This document shows, in pieces, positions 1 through 15,683 of a stretch of 64,000 nt of DNA. A program made the translations under genes and the position numbers. A model generated the notes under the pieces. The model ran no database searches, was not told the DNA's origin, and saw only the letters and a list, made by a program, of their open reading frames with translations. The DNA is from Eledone cirrhosa (taxonomy: Eukaryota), in contig OZ024743.1 in NCBI GenBank assembly GCA_964016885.1, positions 55,924,001-55,988,000 on the forward strand, read 5' to 3'. Within the stretch, counting starts at the first letter, position 1. The number at the start of each line of letters is the position of its first letter.

Positions 1-44
1 TATGTAATCCATGTGCAACCATGCAGTATTCTTCTCCCCTTGTT

Positions 45-410
<366 letters not shown>

Positions 411-520
411 TTAATATAGAAATATTAAAACTGTTATACTCTGCTATGTATTGAGTACCTTACTTACTGTGGTTACCTCCGTTTCAACCCGGAATAACGT
501 ATATATATATATATATATAT

Positions 521-1005
<485 letters not shown>

Positions 1006-1029
1006 AAAAAATAGAATATATATATATTA

Positions 1030-1292
1030 TAGATAACGAGGAATCAATGATGCATCAAAACCCAATTTATTAACATATTACACATGTTTCTCCGACGACC
1101 AGTTCAAGGCAGGATCTTTTACAGATCGAACCCGACTGTGCATTCACAAGGTCTTCAGATATGTTTAGCGCTTTCAAAGCATTTCATCGGATGCAGAGTT
1201 AGGTTCGATCTGTAAATGAGTTGATCGTCGGTGAAACATATGAAAAGTGTTAATAAATTGTGTTTTGCTGCATCACTGATTCCTCGTTATCT
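1030..1292. mobile_element. Diverged inverted-repeat PLE tail with a hammerhead-like motif (1072-1165, minus)
   Basis: 1030-1110 is the reverse complement of about 1215-1292. Minus strand reads AACATAT-CTGAAGA-(~60 nt)-GAAA-CATGTG-TA-ATATGTT. Confidence 0.55.
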
Positions 1293-1387
1293 ATAATAAT
1301 TGTTTCTACTTTTGGCACAAGGCCAGCAATTATCCAGTGCATTACTGGTACTTCATTTTATCGACCCTGTAAGGATGAAAGGCAAGT
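1293..1387 (-). mobile_element. tRNA-derived SINE (octopus OK/OR-like), 3' fragment
   Basis: Matches the fuller copy at 29428-29621. Confidence 0.7.
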
Positions 1388-1459
1388 TATACTCTGCTCT
1401 GCGCTAGCATCGAGTGCTCAAACGGCATACCGCCTACGGACGTATTTACCTGCAACACT

Positions 1460-1581
<122 letters not shown>

Positions 1582-1829
1582 TAACAAATTTAATATACAA
1601 CTGGCTTCTACAGGACTAGAAGTGTTTCATTTGAAAGAAATTGAGTATTTACTTACTGTGGTTACCACCGATTGAACCTGGGACTCACACATATATATAT
1701 ATATACAGAGAACTCACTAGCAAAACCGAAAACTATAAGAGCTGAAAAATATCTGTTAACATGTTAAAATATACCCCACACCTTACAGACACATTCCTAC
1801 TGACCATCCCTCTACCACGAATTACTCTG

Positions 1830-1870
<41 letters not shown>

Positions 1871-1989
1871 TCTTAATAGGCATTTGAACTGTCAACAGGC
1901 TGCGGTTCGCACACACATTCCTGCTGACCATTATCACAACAACGAACCTCTTTACTACTACTACTACACACACACACACATATTTGTTT

Positions 1990-2430
1990 TGAAAGACTTA
2001 TTTTTCAGTGACTTCTCAATCAGCCGACACAAACCTACATTTGGCGCAAAATCAATTTTTAACATTCACATGACCTCTACCGACCAATCAAAATTGTTTC
2101 GACCACAAGAATTTTTGCAACACGAATTGGCGCAAAACTTATTCTAATACCGCTGGAGCCACTTTTTTAACATAAAAACAGGTAGAATTTCCAAAACTAA
2201 TCAGATTAGAGCAAACATCACGGACGCTCTATCTCAAAATTATTTTTGAAAAGCTTTAGAAATGCGCAACCGGTAAAAGTTAAAACCAAAAACTGAATAC
2301 TAACCAATAATATTACTAATTCTCACTGATTCCTAATTAAAATATTTTTCACTGTGAACAATTTGTCAGCATTTTCTTTTCCGTTTACCAATATATCATA
2401 GCTTGTGTGTTACACCTCTATTCTTTTAAA
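1990..2430 (+). mobile_element. (TA)n-associated repeat family G (probable PLE terminal region)
   Basis: Same sequence recurs at 23253-23645, 37921-38144, 39696-40079 and 44386-44712, mostly as inverted pairs in (TA)n. Confidence 0.6.
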
Positions 2431-2441
2431 TATATATATAT

Positions 2442-2476
<35 letters not shown>

Positions 2477-2479
2477 CAT

Positions 2480-2543
<64 letters not shown>

Positions 2544-2716
2544 GGGGGGGGTGACTCCCATGTACGTCAATACTCATCTTTTTCCATTTCTCCGAGGGTT
2601 GTTAACCCCACTATCAGGCTAAATAATTTCTTTAATTTCTTTAGTCAAAATACGGCGATAGCTTACATTTCTAATAATTTCAAACCCACTCGCTGTTTCG
2701 AAAATATTCTTACTTA

Positions 2717-2751
<35 letters not shown>

Positions 2752-2760
<9 letters not shown>

Positions 2761-4122
2761 AGAACAAAAGATGGTTAAAAGAGTTCCATGTATTTTATTA
2801 TGCGCATTTCAAAAACAAATATCATCATGCAATAATATTTGTGTTTTCATCAGATAAAACAGGAAGACATGATATGAAGGTTAAAAAATACTTGTGGATA
2901 GTTCAGTTTTAAATCAACATATGAGAAGTAGTTTTAGATTGATGTGTGATATTGGGAAAAATATTTTATTTAGAGGGGGGGGTGGAAAGGATGAAAAAGA
3001 GGAGGAGGAGATGAGAGTAAAAAGTGGAGAGGGAGGAGTATAATGAGGAAGGATGAGATAGGAGGAGAGATGGGTGATAGAGAGAGAGAGATAGCTTTTA
3101 TAACTGAGAAAGATATATTGTTTTACAAAGAGAGGTTGAAAACCGTTGGAAGATAATGTATAAATTAAAAGAATTTGAAAATTAACGAAGAGAAAAATAA
3201 TGTAAAGTTAAGGTTTGTATATTGAGGGGTTTGATAATATGTGCGATGAAAAAGAAAATGTTAATATGTATTGAGAATAATATTTAAGGGTTTAATAATA
3301 TGTGCGATGTTAAGAAAATGTTGATATGTATTATTAAAAGGAACAACAGGTTATTTAAGTAAGGAAATATTGTGAGATGAGCATGAATGAGTTAGATGAA
3401 AGGGAGAAAAGAATAATGAATTGAGGATGAATAATCTAACGTCAAAAAAATGTATATGTTTACGAAGGATTTTTACAAGGTGATATAGAGTAAGAATGTA
3501 TTGTATTATGTAATAATTGATTCTATGTTAGGCAAGAGTGAGAAAAGGTACAGATTAGGGGTTAGACATTAAAAGAAGAAGAGAAGAAAGGGAAGTGATA
3601 AATAGGAGCGATGTAGAATGAGTAACAAGTATTATAGAATGTATAATAACCTTTGAAATAAGGTAGAAAGATGGGTATATTTTTAAAAGAAGTGTATATA
3701 TATATATATATGTGCCTTTGAGAAAAAGATTCTAAATTGATAAAGAATTGAATATTAGCTGTATACTTTGTGAAATGTTTTATGGAATTTATGCAAGCAG
3801 ATAGAAAACAAGTCAGTGCGTCTATTTATTATAGAATCTAAATTAGAAATAATGGTAAATTTTTCATTTAGACAGAGATTGCAAATTTTGGATAGAGAAC
3901 TGTTCAAGTATGAGGACGCAGAAGAAACCTTCTTCCAAAAGATGCTATATTTAATATTTTTGTCTTTCAAGTACCATATGAAATGCGCATAATAAAATAC
4001 ATGGAACTCTTTTAACCATCTTTTGTTCTTATATATTATGTATACTCCAGTCCTACAAACTGTAGAGTGCTTCTTATCCGATATCTGCATTGCTTTATTG
4101 TTCTACAATAAAACTCACCTCC

Positions 4123-4126
<4 letters not shown>
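2752..4126 (-). mobile_element. 5'-truncated PLE family C: GIY-YIG C-terminus (3755-3977), 3' tail, and inverted tail copy (3978-4126)
   Basis: IWYLKDKNIKYSIFW...CNLCLNEK...INRRTDLFSICLH motif; homologous to 35134-37882; (TA)n flanks. Confidence 0.85.
2791..2859 (-). ncRNA. Type I hammerhead ribozyme (PLE family C)
   Basis: TTTTAT-CTGATGA-long stem II-GAAA-TGCGCA-TA-ATAAAA, with a palindromic stem III. Confidence 0.85.
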
Positions 4127-4174
<48 letters not shown>

Positions 4175-4216
4175 CATACATACATACATACATACATACA
4201 TACATACATACATACA

Positions 4217-4248
<32 letters not shown>

Positions 4249-4252
4249 ATGT

Positions 4253-4705
4253 TAGGTCACTCTTGAGTGCTACTGGTAACATGTAACCCAATACAACCTG
4301 TCGCATGGTCGGGTCGTCGGTGACTAAACCCTAACTCCACCAAGTTTACTTGGTGAGGAGGGAGTTTTGGACACTCTGCAGGACAAAAATCAAAACCTGA
4401 CATAGGGCGGAAGAACTCCTAAGAGTAAACAGCCATCTAAAAAAAAAAAACGTCCTGCCAAATCAATGGATGGCAGTAGATCCAGCTGCACGCATTAAAG
4501 ATTGGTTTAGTGGTTCTGAGAACAATGGGGCTTTGCAAATGATCAATGCAAATTGACAATGGAAAGGCGCACCCGCTCGAGTTAGAAGAGAACTATTGAC
4601 TTTCAGGAGAAGCAGCGACCCCTGATTGTATTCAGCAATCGAAACAAATATGAAGTACACCAAATCCAATACTCCTAGGGCGGCCCTCGTTCTTCTTATT
4701 TGCGA
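4253..4705 (+). mobile_element. RTE-type 5' end fragment
   Basis: Shares about 190 bp of 5' sequence with the 5019/15763 family, then diverges. Confidence 0.55.
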
Positions 4706-4800
4706 GTGTATATATATATATATACATGTGTATATATACACACACACACACGCACACACACACACACACACACGCGCATACACACACACACACACACACA

Positions 4801-4889
<89 letters not shown>

Positions 4890-5018
4890 TGTATATATAT
4901 GATATGTATGTATAAGATCTTTGATCTTATTCTACGGTGTATATGGCGCATGTCTCGGACATGACTCCCTTAATTTAATTTAATTTAATTTATTTCGGAT
5001 ATGTATGTATATATATAT

Positions 5019-5626
5019 CAGGTCACCAGTTGGTGCTACTGGTAACATGTATCCCAGTACAACCTGTCTCGTGGTCGGGTCGTTGGCGACTAAGCTGGCA
5101 ACCCCACCAAGGTTTCTTGGTGAGGATGGTGACCGTGGACATCCTGCAGGACTAAAAACAAAACCTGTCAAAGGGCAAAGGAGCTCTTAAGAGTCAATGG
5201 CCATCCAAAATCACCGGGATAGATGACTCCTTAGCCTTTGTCAAGGCAGAATTCTAGGAGAAGGAAAACTCTGATATAACACCTGCAACCCTGATGGTAT
5301 CCAATGATGTTGACTTATTCTTCTTTTTGGTAAATATCATCTTGGTTAAGAGAGTGGGACTGGCTTTGTGCAGTGACTTTGCTCACTATAAAAGCTTCAC
5401 GGCACAGGCATTGCTTTATATCTGGAGATCTCTCTGCACTTGTCGTCACATGGTACCATGGGCCCAGCACTATGTGTCAATAATTGTCACAAGTGTAGTG
5501 TTTGAACCAGAGTTTTCAAGTCGCTGGCTGGACTAAAAAGTCACACTTGTTCAGCGCATCGGTAGGGGTTCTCCTACATGGATATAGAGTAGTGGCCGTA
5601 CTCGAAAACGAGTTGGCAGCCACCAT
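5019..5626 (+). mobile_element. Non-autonomous RTE-derived element (~600 bp), subfamily 1
   Basis: Near-identical copy at 14342-14930; same ends (CAGGTCAC...GGCAGCCACCAT) abutting (TA)n/(TATG)n. Confidence 0.7.
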
Positions 5627-5964
5627 ATGTATGTATATATATGTATGTATATATGCATATATATATGTATATATGTATATATATATATATATAAGGAGGA
5701 TTAATCATTTTTTAAAAGGTAATATTTGAAGCTCTAGTTAAACTTTAATTAGTTACCTACCTAGCTATGTGTGATTACACACTTTACAAATTATCCCCTG
5801 TGATTGTTTCATGCGTTTATTTTAAATATATATATATGTCAATCAATTTCTAGTTGATATAAAATGCTCGGATCTATTCATTGGAATCTTTTATCTTATT
5901 CTACAGTGGATATGGCGCTTGTCTCGGACATGACTCCTTTAATTTAATTTTATTTATTTCGGAT

Positions 5965-6500
<536 letters not shown>

Positions 6501-7032
6501 CTGGTTTGGACAGCCAAACTAAACTAGGTAGTCAATCATAGTCTATGATGTACACTGCAGCTAAAATTTCCTCCTACTCATTTCTCTACATCCACCGCCA
6601 ATGTCTTTATATTATCTCCCTCTTCTTCCTTATTTGAAACTCCCCTCTCACCCTCTCATTCTCCCTCCCCTTTTCTCTCTTTCCTTCTTTCTCTCTACCT
6701 CACTCTCTCCCTTTCTCTTCTTCTCTATCTTTCTCTCTCACTCTCTGTCTTTCTCTCTCCCTCTCTCCATCTTATATCAATAGAATTACATTTTAAATCA
6801 TTTGCCAGGTCGTTTATGAATTCCATTCTGTCGGACATCTTCATATTATTGTATGATGGTATATTCACCAACCCCAACCTTTCTGCTATCTACCAGCTTC
6901 TGACTTCTTTCACCAGACCCTCTCCATTTCTTTCTCTTCGTTTTTCTTCTCGTTTTCGCTTATCCCCAACACCACAGCCACATATACATATACACATATA
7001 CATTCAAACACTCATATATATATATATATATA

Positions 7033-7248
7033 TAACAAAGAAAGTGTGGTAAGGAACCAGCTGGACCATAACGCACTATATTACTCGATACTTAAGGTAA
7101 TAAAATGGGTAATAGGAAAAAAGTTAGGACCCCGACGGCTGAGCTCCGGCCGTGTCGACAGCTAGATTCGAACCAATTCGGATCTAGCTGTCAGATCTAG
7201 CTGTTGAAACACCTGGAGCTCAGCCGTCGGGATCCTGACTCTTTTCCT
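7033..7248. mobile_element. PLE tail family B inverted pair
   Basis: Matches 767-948; arms join inside the hammerhead stem II region. Confidence 0.7.
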
Positions 7249-7535
7249 ATATATAAGTACACGACATAAATTGTCTCATAATCTATAGTCACATAATTTA
7301 GAGTCACGCATACACAGACACACGGATGCACACGCGCATATACATAGTCTCATGTACAAGTATATCTATATAAGATACAATTAGAGAAATATATATATAT
7401 ATATAGATAGTAATAATAATAAATGAGAAAATCCAAAGAGGGATCGATAAGGATAAATATATTTCAAATATATAAGAAGCTTAGCTTCTCAGGCTTCAAT
7501 TTTTGAAAAGCCTTCGAATAGTTGGTGAATTTCAG

Positions 7536-7912
7536 TCACGCGGTCTCCAGGCTCTGGTTCAACTCGGTCGGATGACTTTTTTCGTAGAACTCGTGTGTCT
7601 TTTCGATGATTCGCTCTCGATCCACTGTTAGGGAACTATCATCATCTATGACTCCTGTGAATTGCTGTCTTCTTTTGCCTAATTTCTTCTTTGCCATTTC
7701 GAAGCCTTTAACTTGCTTCACGATTTGTTGGATGGTTGTTGTTCTGATGTTGCGAGAGTCTTTTCATTGCTTCTTTTGGATAGTTTTGTTAAGTTCTGCT
7801 GCTTCAAACATTTCTTTGGCTATTGTCGGAGTTTTGAAGTTTCTTCCATTTTCCTCTGAGATGAAAACTTGCTTGCTTCTTTTGATTTTGGTCTTCCACT
7901 CGCTGGCTGCTG
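7536..7912 (-). pseudogene. RTE-clade LINE ORF fragment (region between APE and RT)
   Basis: KQVKGFEMAKKKLGKRRQQFTGVIDDDSSLTVDRERIIEKTHEFYEK resembles RTE ORFs; frameshifted. Confidence 0.6.
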
Positions 7913-7987
7913 TTATATATATATATATATATCACAATTTCATACACAAGATCTCCTTGTCTCTTTCGCGCCATATTTGGCTGTTGT

Positions 7988-8033
<46 letters not shown>

Positions 8034-8038
<5 letters not shown>

Positions 8039-9018
8039 AAGAATTTATATCTAGTAACATATATATACATACAAATGCATATCGATGCTAGCAAATATAT
8101 AGGTTTTGTCTTAATAACATTGTGGTTCAATGCATGGGGTTGCAGAACAATAATATAAGAGACGTAAGATAAGAAAATTATAAAATTAACTTACTTACTA
8201 AAATATCACTTCCAACTAATTAGTTTCTGGAATGGAGTAGAATGGAGTAGATACATCTTCCGAAGAAGGTGTAGAGAAACATCCCGTCATCAGGAAAGTC
8301 AATTCTCATATAAGTTTCCAGGCAAAGCGAGGACACTGGAAGCTTATTAAAAAATAAATCAGTGAATAGGAAATAGCAAAGCGTGGACTTACTTCCTAGC
8401 CATTGAAAAAATCACTGCCTCTGTGTCCGTGGCAAATTCAAAAAGAATCGAACACGTGACGTCGAGGTCAATCTGTGGAAAGTGGGTTGTTAATAAGACA
8501 GCGGCCGGCCTACTACAGTAGTAGCAGTCATGGCCAGTATTGCTCGACAAATATTTTGGAGATAATAATAAAGAATTTATATCTAGTAACATATATATAC
8601 ATACAAATGCATATCGATGCTAGCAAATATATAGGTTTTGTCTTAATAACATTGTGGTTCAATGCATGGGGTTGCAAAACAATAATATAAGAGACGTAAG
8701 ATAAGATTGACCTCGACGTCACGTGTTCGATTCTTTTTGAATTTGCCACGGACACAGAGGCAGTGATTTTCTCAATGGCTAGGAAGTAAGTCCACGCTTT
8801 GCTATTTCCTATTCACTGATTTATTTTTTAATAAGCTTCCAGTGTCCTCGCTTTGCCTGGAAACTTATATGAGAATTGACTTTCCTGGTGACGGGATGTT
8901 TCTCTACACCTTCTTCGGAAGATGTATCTACTCCATTCTACTCCATTCCAGAAACTAATTAGTTGGAAGTGATATTTTAGTAAGTAAGTTAATTTTATAA
9001 TTTTCTTATCTTACGTCT

Positions 9019-9022
<4 letters not shown>
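8034..9022. mobile_element. Repeat family F: inverted (about 8150-8470 vs 8705-9022) plus direct (8034-8172 vs 8566-8705) duplications in (TA)n
   Basis: Near-identical arms; PLE-like tandem/inverted organisation. Confidence 0.65.
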
Positions 9023-9059
<37 letters not shown>

Positions 9060-9555
9060 CAATTTCATACGCAAGATCTCTCTGCCTCTTTTGCGTCACC
9101 TTTCTCTCTTCCTCTCTCACCCTCGCTATCTCTCTATCTCTCTATCTATGCATCTACCTCTATTTTTGCCTGTCCCTCAATTACTCTCCAATAAAATATC
9201 TTTTTCTCATAACATAGTCAATGTCGGTAAGAATGCTTTTTGGTATTCGTATCACATTTTTGTATTCTCAGTTCAAATCCCGCCAAGGTCAGATTTGCCT
9301 TTCATCCTTCCGAGATCGATAAATAAATCACCAGTCAAGTGCAGTGGTCGATTCTTCCTAAATATCTTTCTTAATTTCTCTCTCTTGCTCTCACTTTCTT
9401 TTTCTGGAAGAAATCAGTTGTGTTCCAGCTTGGAGAGGGATGGGTCCCGCAAGTTTAAAATGCATAAGATACGCCATATATCAGTATAGCATTCATAGTC
9501 TCCATCGGAATGTAATACTTCAGGCCATAACATATAATCTATATCTGACGCAGAT

Positions 9556-9660
9556 CTGGCAGTGTAGTTAAGGTTTTAGTTTAGCAACCACATGGGTTCA
9601 GGTTCATTCACTCTGCGTGGCACCTTGAGCAAGTGCCTGTTACTATAGCCTCAGGTTGAC
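9556..9660 (+). mobile_element. CORE-type tRNA SINE (OR2-like), decayed
   Basis: A/B-box-like head and CACCTTGAGCAAGTGCC CORE-like motif. Relatives at 12655-12915(-), 16585-16830(+), 43452-43830(+), 44790-44880(+) and 60310-60560(-). Confidence 0.5.
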
Positions 9661-10028
9661 ATCGGCAGACCTGCCAACCTCTAAAAACCCAAACGGGGAG
9701 TACCATGAAAAAAGTGACACAAAACGAGGAGAAATGAGGCAAAATGGGGAGATTTTACATAATGAAAGCTATACACATTTTCACAAAGTGGGTGGGAAAT
9801 CTCCCCGTCGGACGGGGAGAGTTGACATGTCTGCCTATGCTTTGTGAGCTAAATTCGAAAATATGTAGACGTCATATATACATTTGTGTGTGCGTTTGTT
9901 TATGCTTATTTCCTGTAATTTGGTGGTTTTTGCAAAAAATAGATCGATGAAATAAGTACCAAGCTTGAAAAGTACATTTTTCTTGTTTTAGTGAAATGTA
10001 TACAGCCGGGAAATTCAAACTGCACAAA

Positions 10029-10064
<36 letters not shown>

Positions 10065-10075
10065 TGTATGTATGT

Positions 10076-11043
10076 TATCTCTTTCTCTTAATTTCGAGTA
10101 TATATTTTTGACCGGCCACCTCCTGGTGGCAAGGTTGTAAAAGAAAAGAAATTGTCATCCCTTGAATCGCAAGAATGTTTTGTAAATTTTGAAGGTGCCA
10201 GCTATCGCAGCCATTTGTAGACTATGAATTAGGGAGCTGCGCTCTTTGTCCGCAAATTCAAGTTCAGTCATACTTTGGTCCAAGCGGGTTGGTATATAAC
10301 CCGAAGCTCCAATAATGATGGGTATGAAGCTAAAGGTGTATCTTGGATACTGGATTTGTAAACTCCTCATCAATGGTCCATAGATGTCCTCCTTCTCCTG
10401 TATTTTTCTGACAACGTTTACATCAAGTGAGCAGCTGATCTCCACAACAGAACACGTTTTCAATCTGTGGTCCCAAATAACAATATCAGGCCGGTTGTGA
10501 TTTAATTTGGTGGCAGTTTTTATTTTCAGGTTTCACCAGTATTCCTTAGTGCCATCTGTCTCAATATATTCTTCCTCGTTTGTTGTTAATTTTGTTTTCC
10601 GAAGTGCGTTCCAGATGGTTCTAGCTATCCCATCGTGTCTCATGGGGAGGTAGTAGCGAGATGACATTCTTTCGCAGCTGGCAACAATGTGGCTTACATC
10701 CTCGATCTTTGTTTTACATAGCCTACATTTATTGTCAGCTGCTGGCCCTCTTCTTTTGTGCAGCAGATATTTGGTAGGGAGTTCTTGTTCCTGTATTGCA
10801 TAGAGATATCCCTCAAGGTGTGATGTCATAAACTTGTCGGAACTCCATGCCAGGCTTTTTGAGTGGTTTATCCCCTCTATGGTCTGTGTCTTACGTCTCA
10901 AGTATCCATGCACAACTTTTTCTGTAAATTGGTCAATTTTTTCATCTTGTTTGAACATTGAATAGGATCTTCTGATTTCTCTGGGTGAGAGATTTATATC
11001 AGGCTTTATTCCATATCTCTCCTCCAGATCAGTCGCTATTCTA
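10076..11043 (-). mobile_element. R2/R4(Dong)-superfamily non-LTR retrotransposon, 3' part (CCHC knuckle + RLE endonuclease)
   Basis: CRLCKTKIEDVSHIVASC, RHD, then RPDIVIWD...VVEISC (PD-(D/E)xK-type); one in-frame stop; flanked by (TATG)n. Confidence 0.85.
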
Positions 11044-12269
11044 ATGATATTTTTTTTATATGTATGTATTTATGTATGTATATATTTATATATGTATGTT
11101 TGTATTTGTGTATGTATAATTGTATTTATGTATGTATGTATGTATGTATGTATGAATGCATGTATGCATGCATGTATGTATGTATGTACGTATATGTATG
11201 CATGTATGTATAGAAAGATAGGGGAGAGAGAAGTTGAATTCAAAGGCGGAACACCAGTATTTACGTGGGGCTAAAGGATGCATTTGCACTCTATCGCTAT
11301 ATCCACCATTGTACGTCTAAATGTTACTGACAGACATGACTATCCATTCATATTTCATATGTAGATTATGTTTCATGGAAGTTCGTAAATTATACGAAAT
11401 ATTTTCATAAATATTTCGTATATTTCGGAATATATTTTTAAAAATTTAACAGATTGAAATATTGTTTTATAAATTATTCATAAAATTCAACAAATTATTT
11501 TTGTTGGAAATTTTCCTAAATGGATGTCAACGTTTTGTTTATGTTTAAAGACACCAATTTATTCATTATTAATCTGCTAAATTGAGTAATTCATTTCAAA
11601 TAACTGGGGCTTCTCTTTTATTAGTATGAGGTAATAATGCCGTAGACATTTTGTTCGCGGGGTGCAGCTGAGACACACCGCCTATACTGGGGTGTAGAAT
11701 CTGCAGCTTCCTCCCCCACATTAACCATATTTTCGCCATCTAATTTTTTTCTTTTTCTTTCTATTGTATTATTTTATTTATTTTCAATTCTATGAATGAG
11801 TTATGTTGCATGGTATTGGGTTTCTGATTGTATATTCTTTTATTCTTTTACTGGTTTCAAATATTAGACAGTAGTCATGCTGCGGCACTGACTTGATTAT
11901 TTAGTCAATCATATCAACCCCAGTACTATTTTTCAAGTCTGGTTCTTAATAGGTAATTTACGAGATATAATAACAGACACAGACAAACGTAAACTCAGAC
12001 AGCCAAAAATATATGGCTGTATCGCCAAAAAATTGTTAGTATGAAAGGCATAAATAATAGACAAATGCACGTAACGACTGGTAAACTGATAAATCTCTGC
12101 GTTTCTGTGTTGGACCTCCGTTGGTTTCGTTGATGAATGTTCCAGTTGTTTGATCAACGAGACAGCCTACATATTAAATTAACCAGCAAATGGCAAAACG
12201 TTCCATAAACACGTGTACCCAGTATTAGTCTTTTCTATTGTTATTACCAAAGGAAGTGTTCTGATAAAC

Positions 12270-12556
12270 TTTCTCTTTAGGTCCCAGATCACTTTGTGCC
12301 ATCTCGTCTAACACGAAACTCACAACGTCTTTACCCGGGTGTTGTTGTGGTTCCTCGAATAAGGAAGTCTTTCTACGATCGTAGCTTTTTACCGCGAACT
12401 GCCAGACTTTGGAACTCTCTTCCATCTCATTGTTTTCCTCCTTCTTATGAGCTGAGCTCTTTCAAGTCTAAAGTAAATTCATTCCTTTCATTTTCTCCTT
12501 CATCATAGTCTCTTACACTAAGTAGTTTCTCGCCTTGTTTGAGAGTCTCAAGACAA
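12270..12556 (+). mobile_element. CR1/Jockey-group LINE 3' end
   Basis: SFLPRTARLWNSLPSHCFPPSYELSSFKSKVNSFL C-terminal motif followed by an A-tail. Confidence 0.75.
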
Positions 12557-13385
12557 AAAAAAAAGTTGTTAGCATCTTCAGCATTCAGCTATGCTACATC
12601 CACCGTCTCCATGATGTTGTTGGATTTCCGTCAGTTGCGACGACGAGGGATCCAGTTGTTAGAACAACGGAACAGCCATCGCGTGAAATTAACATGAATG
12701 TGGCTGAGCCCAACAGAGACACGTGCACTGTTAGCATAATTTTCAAAAAGATTCAGCATGACACAATATATGTGATTACAGGCACAAATCATTTTTTTTT
12801 TAACTGGATGGACAGGACCAACATGAAATAAAGTATCTTTCCTAAGTGTACAATGCATCACCTGATCCAAGAATAATTTGTTAGCTGAATACACTAACCA
12901 CTAAGCCACGCGCCATGACATAGCTATATGTAATCAATAAAACTAACAGTTGCTAGAAGGGTGAAGATAGCCGCGTAGCGGTTAGATGTTGCCAGGAAGT
13001 TAGGTGTAGTTATGATGGATGTGTTGATATAGGTGATTGGACATGGCAGCAGACAGGTGGAAACAAGCTTGACAAAGTATATTAAGTTATCTTTTCAGGA
13101 TTCTTGCTCCATTTTACACCTTTATTGCTTCACACCTTCCAGCTATTGACATTTATTAATTAGTAGTAACCCTTTCACAGCCTTTACTATTTAGTATTTC
13201 TCTATGTGTACGTCTGTATGTGTGTATGCATGTATGTGTGTATGCATGTATATGCATGCACATATGTATGTATGTGTGTGTGCATGTATGTATGAATGTA
13301 TGTATGCATGTATGTATGTATGTATGTATGCATGTATGTATGTATGTGTGTATGTATGTATGTATATATGCATGTATGTATGTAT

Positions 13386-14267
13386 GTTCTTCTGGTTTTA
13401 TAATTTCACAAAGTTTTACCAATAGAGAGAGAGTCGGTTTCTAACATAGATACAAGACTCTCTCATTGGAATTTACACAACATCAACTAGGTAGATATGT
13501 ATGTATGCATGCATGTGTAGATATGGATGTTATTGTATGTGTGGATGTGGATGTTTTGAGTTGTATGTGTGCATGTGTATATGCTTTGCATCTGTACATG
13601 TGTATATGCAGTTATTAGATGCAAAATTTCTGGAAGGTTTTACATATTTTTACTGTTTCATTAATGGATTGTACTTGTAATTTCATAACTAGTTGTGTTC
13701 TTTCTGTTCCTGTGAAGCCTAGCTTCTCAAGATTTGTATTGAGGCAGTTACTAACATACCGCAGTACCCCAATAATCACAGGCATAAATCTGAAGGTGTA
13801 ATCAGGGTGGAGTATCTGCAGATTTCTCACCAGTTCTGCATAAGTATTCTCTTTTGATATTATATTGGCATCTGCTGGGCAGCTAATTTCCACTACTGTG
13901 CATGCTTTCTTCTCCCTGTCCCATATCATATCTGGTCTGTTATGCCTTCATTTTATTGGGGTTTTTACTGGAACATTCCACCAGTACTCTTTCATGTTAT
14001 GTACATGGATGTCTTCCACATTGCTGTAGCTTTTAATGTGTTTATTATCGGGGCTATCTTTTTTACGAACTGCATTGTACAGTGTTTTGGCCACTACATC
14101 ATGCCTCATAGGTAGATAGTACCGCGATGATATCTTTGGACAGCTGCTGATGACATGGGTGATATCCTCGTTGTTAGTTCTGCAGAGTCTGCATTTGTTA
14201 TCACATCTAGGTGTTTTGCCTGCATCCCTATCTCTTTTGTGAATCAGGTATTTCGTGTTAATCTCCT
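13386..14267 (-). mobile_element. R4/Dong-like RLE non-LTR element, 3' part
   Basis: CRLC...HVISSC, MRHD, RPDMIWD...VVEISCP; paralogous to 10076-11043. Confidence 0.8.
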
Positions 14268-14341
14268 GTATGTATGTATGTATGTATGTATGTATGTATG
14301 TATGTATGTATGTATGTATGTATGTATGTATGTATGTATGT

Positions 14342-14930
14342 CAGGTCACCATGTATCCCAGTACAACCTGTCCCATGGTCGGGTCGTTGGCGACTAAACT
14401 GGCAACCCCACCAAGGTTTCTTGGTGAGGAGGGTGACTTTGGACATCCTGCAGGACTAAAAACAAAACCTGTCAAAGGGCAAAGGAACTCTTAAGAGTCA
14501 ATGGCCATCCAAAATCACCGGGAGAGATGACCCCTTAGCCTTTGTCAAGGCAGAATTCTAGGAGAAGGAAAACTCTGATATAACACCTGCAACCCTGATG
14601 ATATCCAATGATGTTGACTTGTTCTTCTTTTTGGTAAATATCATCTTGGTTAAGAGAGTGGGAATGGCTTTGTGCAGTGCCTTTGCTCACTATAAAAGCT
14701 TCACGGCACAGGCATTGCTTTATATCTGGAGATCTCTCTGCACTTGTCGTCACATGGTACCATGGGCCCAGCACTATGTGTCAATAATTGTCACAAGTGT
14801 AGTGTTTGTACCAAAGTTTTCAAGTCGCTGGCCGGACTGAAAAGTCACACTCGTTCAGCGCATCGGTAGGGGTTCTCCTACATGGATTTAAAGTAGTGGC
14901 CGTACTCGAAAACGAGTTGGCAGCCACCAT
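14342..14930 (+). mobile_element. Non-autonomous RTE-derived element, subfamily 1
   Basis: Near-identical to 5019-5626, inserted in (TATG)n. Confidence 0.75.
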
Positions 14931-15259
14931 GTATGTATGTATGTATGTATGTATGTATGTATGTATGTATGTATGTATGTATGTATGTATGTGCGTATGT
15001 GTGTATGCATGTATGTATGTGTGTATGTATGTATGTATGTATGTATGTATGTATGTATGTATGTATGTATGTATGCATGTATTCATGCATGTATGTATGT
15101 ATGTATGTTTGTGTGTATGTATGTATGTATGTGTGTATGTATGTATGTGTGTATGTATGTATGCATGTATATATGTATGTATGTATGTGTGTGTGTGTGT
15201 ATGTATGTATGTATATATGTATGTATGTGTGTATGTATTTATGTGTGTATTTATGTGTG

Positions 15260-15683
15260 TATTCTGGTTTTATAATTTCACAAAGTTTTACCAATAGAGA
15301 GAGAGTCGGTTTCTAACATAGACACAAGACTCTCTCATTGGAATTTACACAACATCAACTAGGTAGATATGTATGTATGCATGCATGTGTAGATATGGAT
15401 GTTATTGTATGTGTGGATGTGGATATGCTTTGCATCTGTACATGTGTATATGCAGTTATTATATGCAAAATTTCTGGAATGAAATATATATTTTTACTGT
15501 TCCATTAATGGATTGTACTTGAGATTTCCTAACTAGTTGTGTTCTTTCTGTTTTTGTGAAGCCTAGTTTCTCAAGATTTGTATTGAGGCAGTTACTAACA
15601 TACCCCAGTGCCCTAATAATCACAGGCATAAATCTGAAGGTATAGTCCGGGTGGAGTATCTGCAGATTCCTTATTAGTTCTAC
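15260..15683 (-). mobile_element. Second copy of the R4/Dong-like 3' end
   Basis: Closely matches 13386-13840. Confidence 0.75.
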
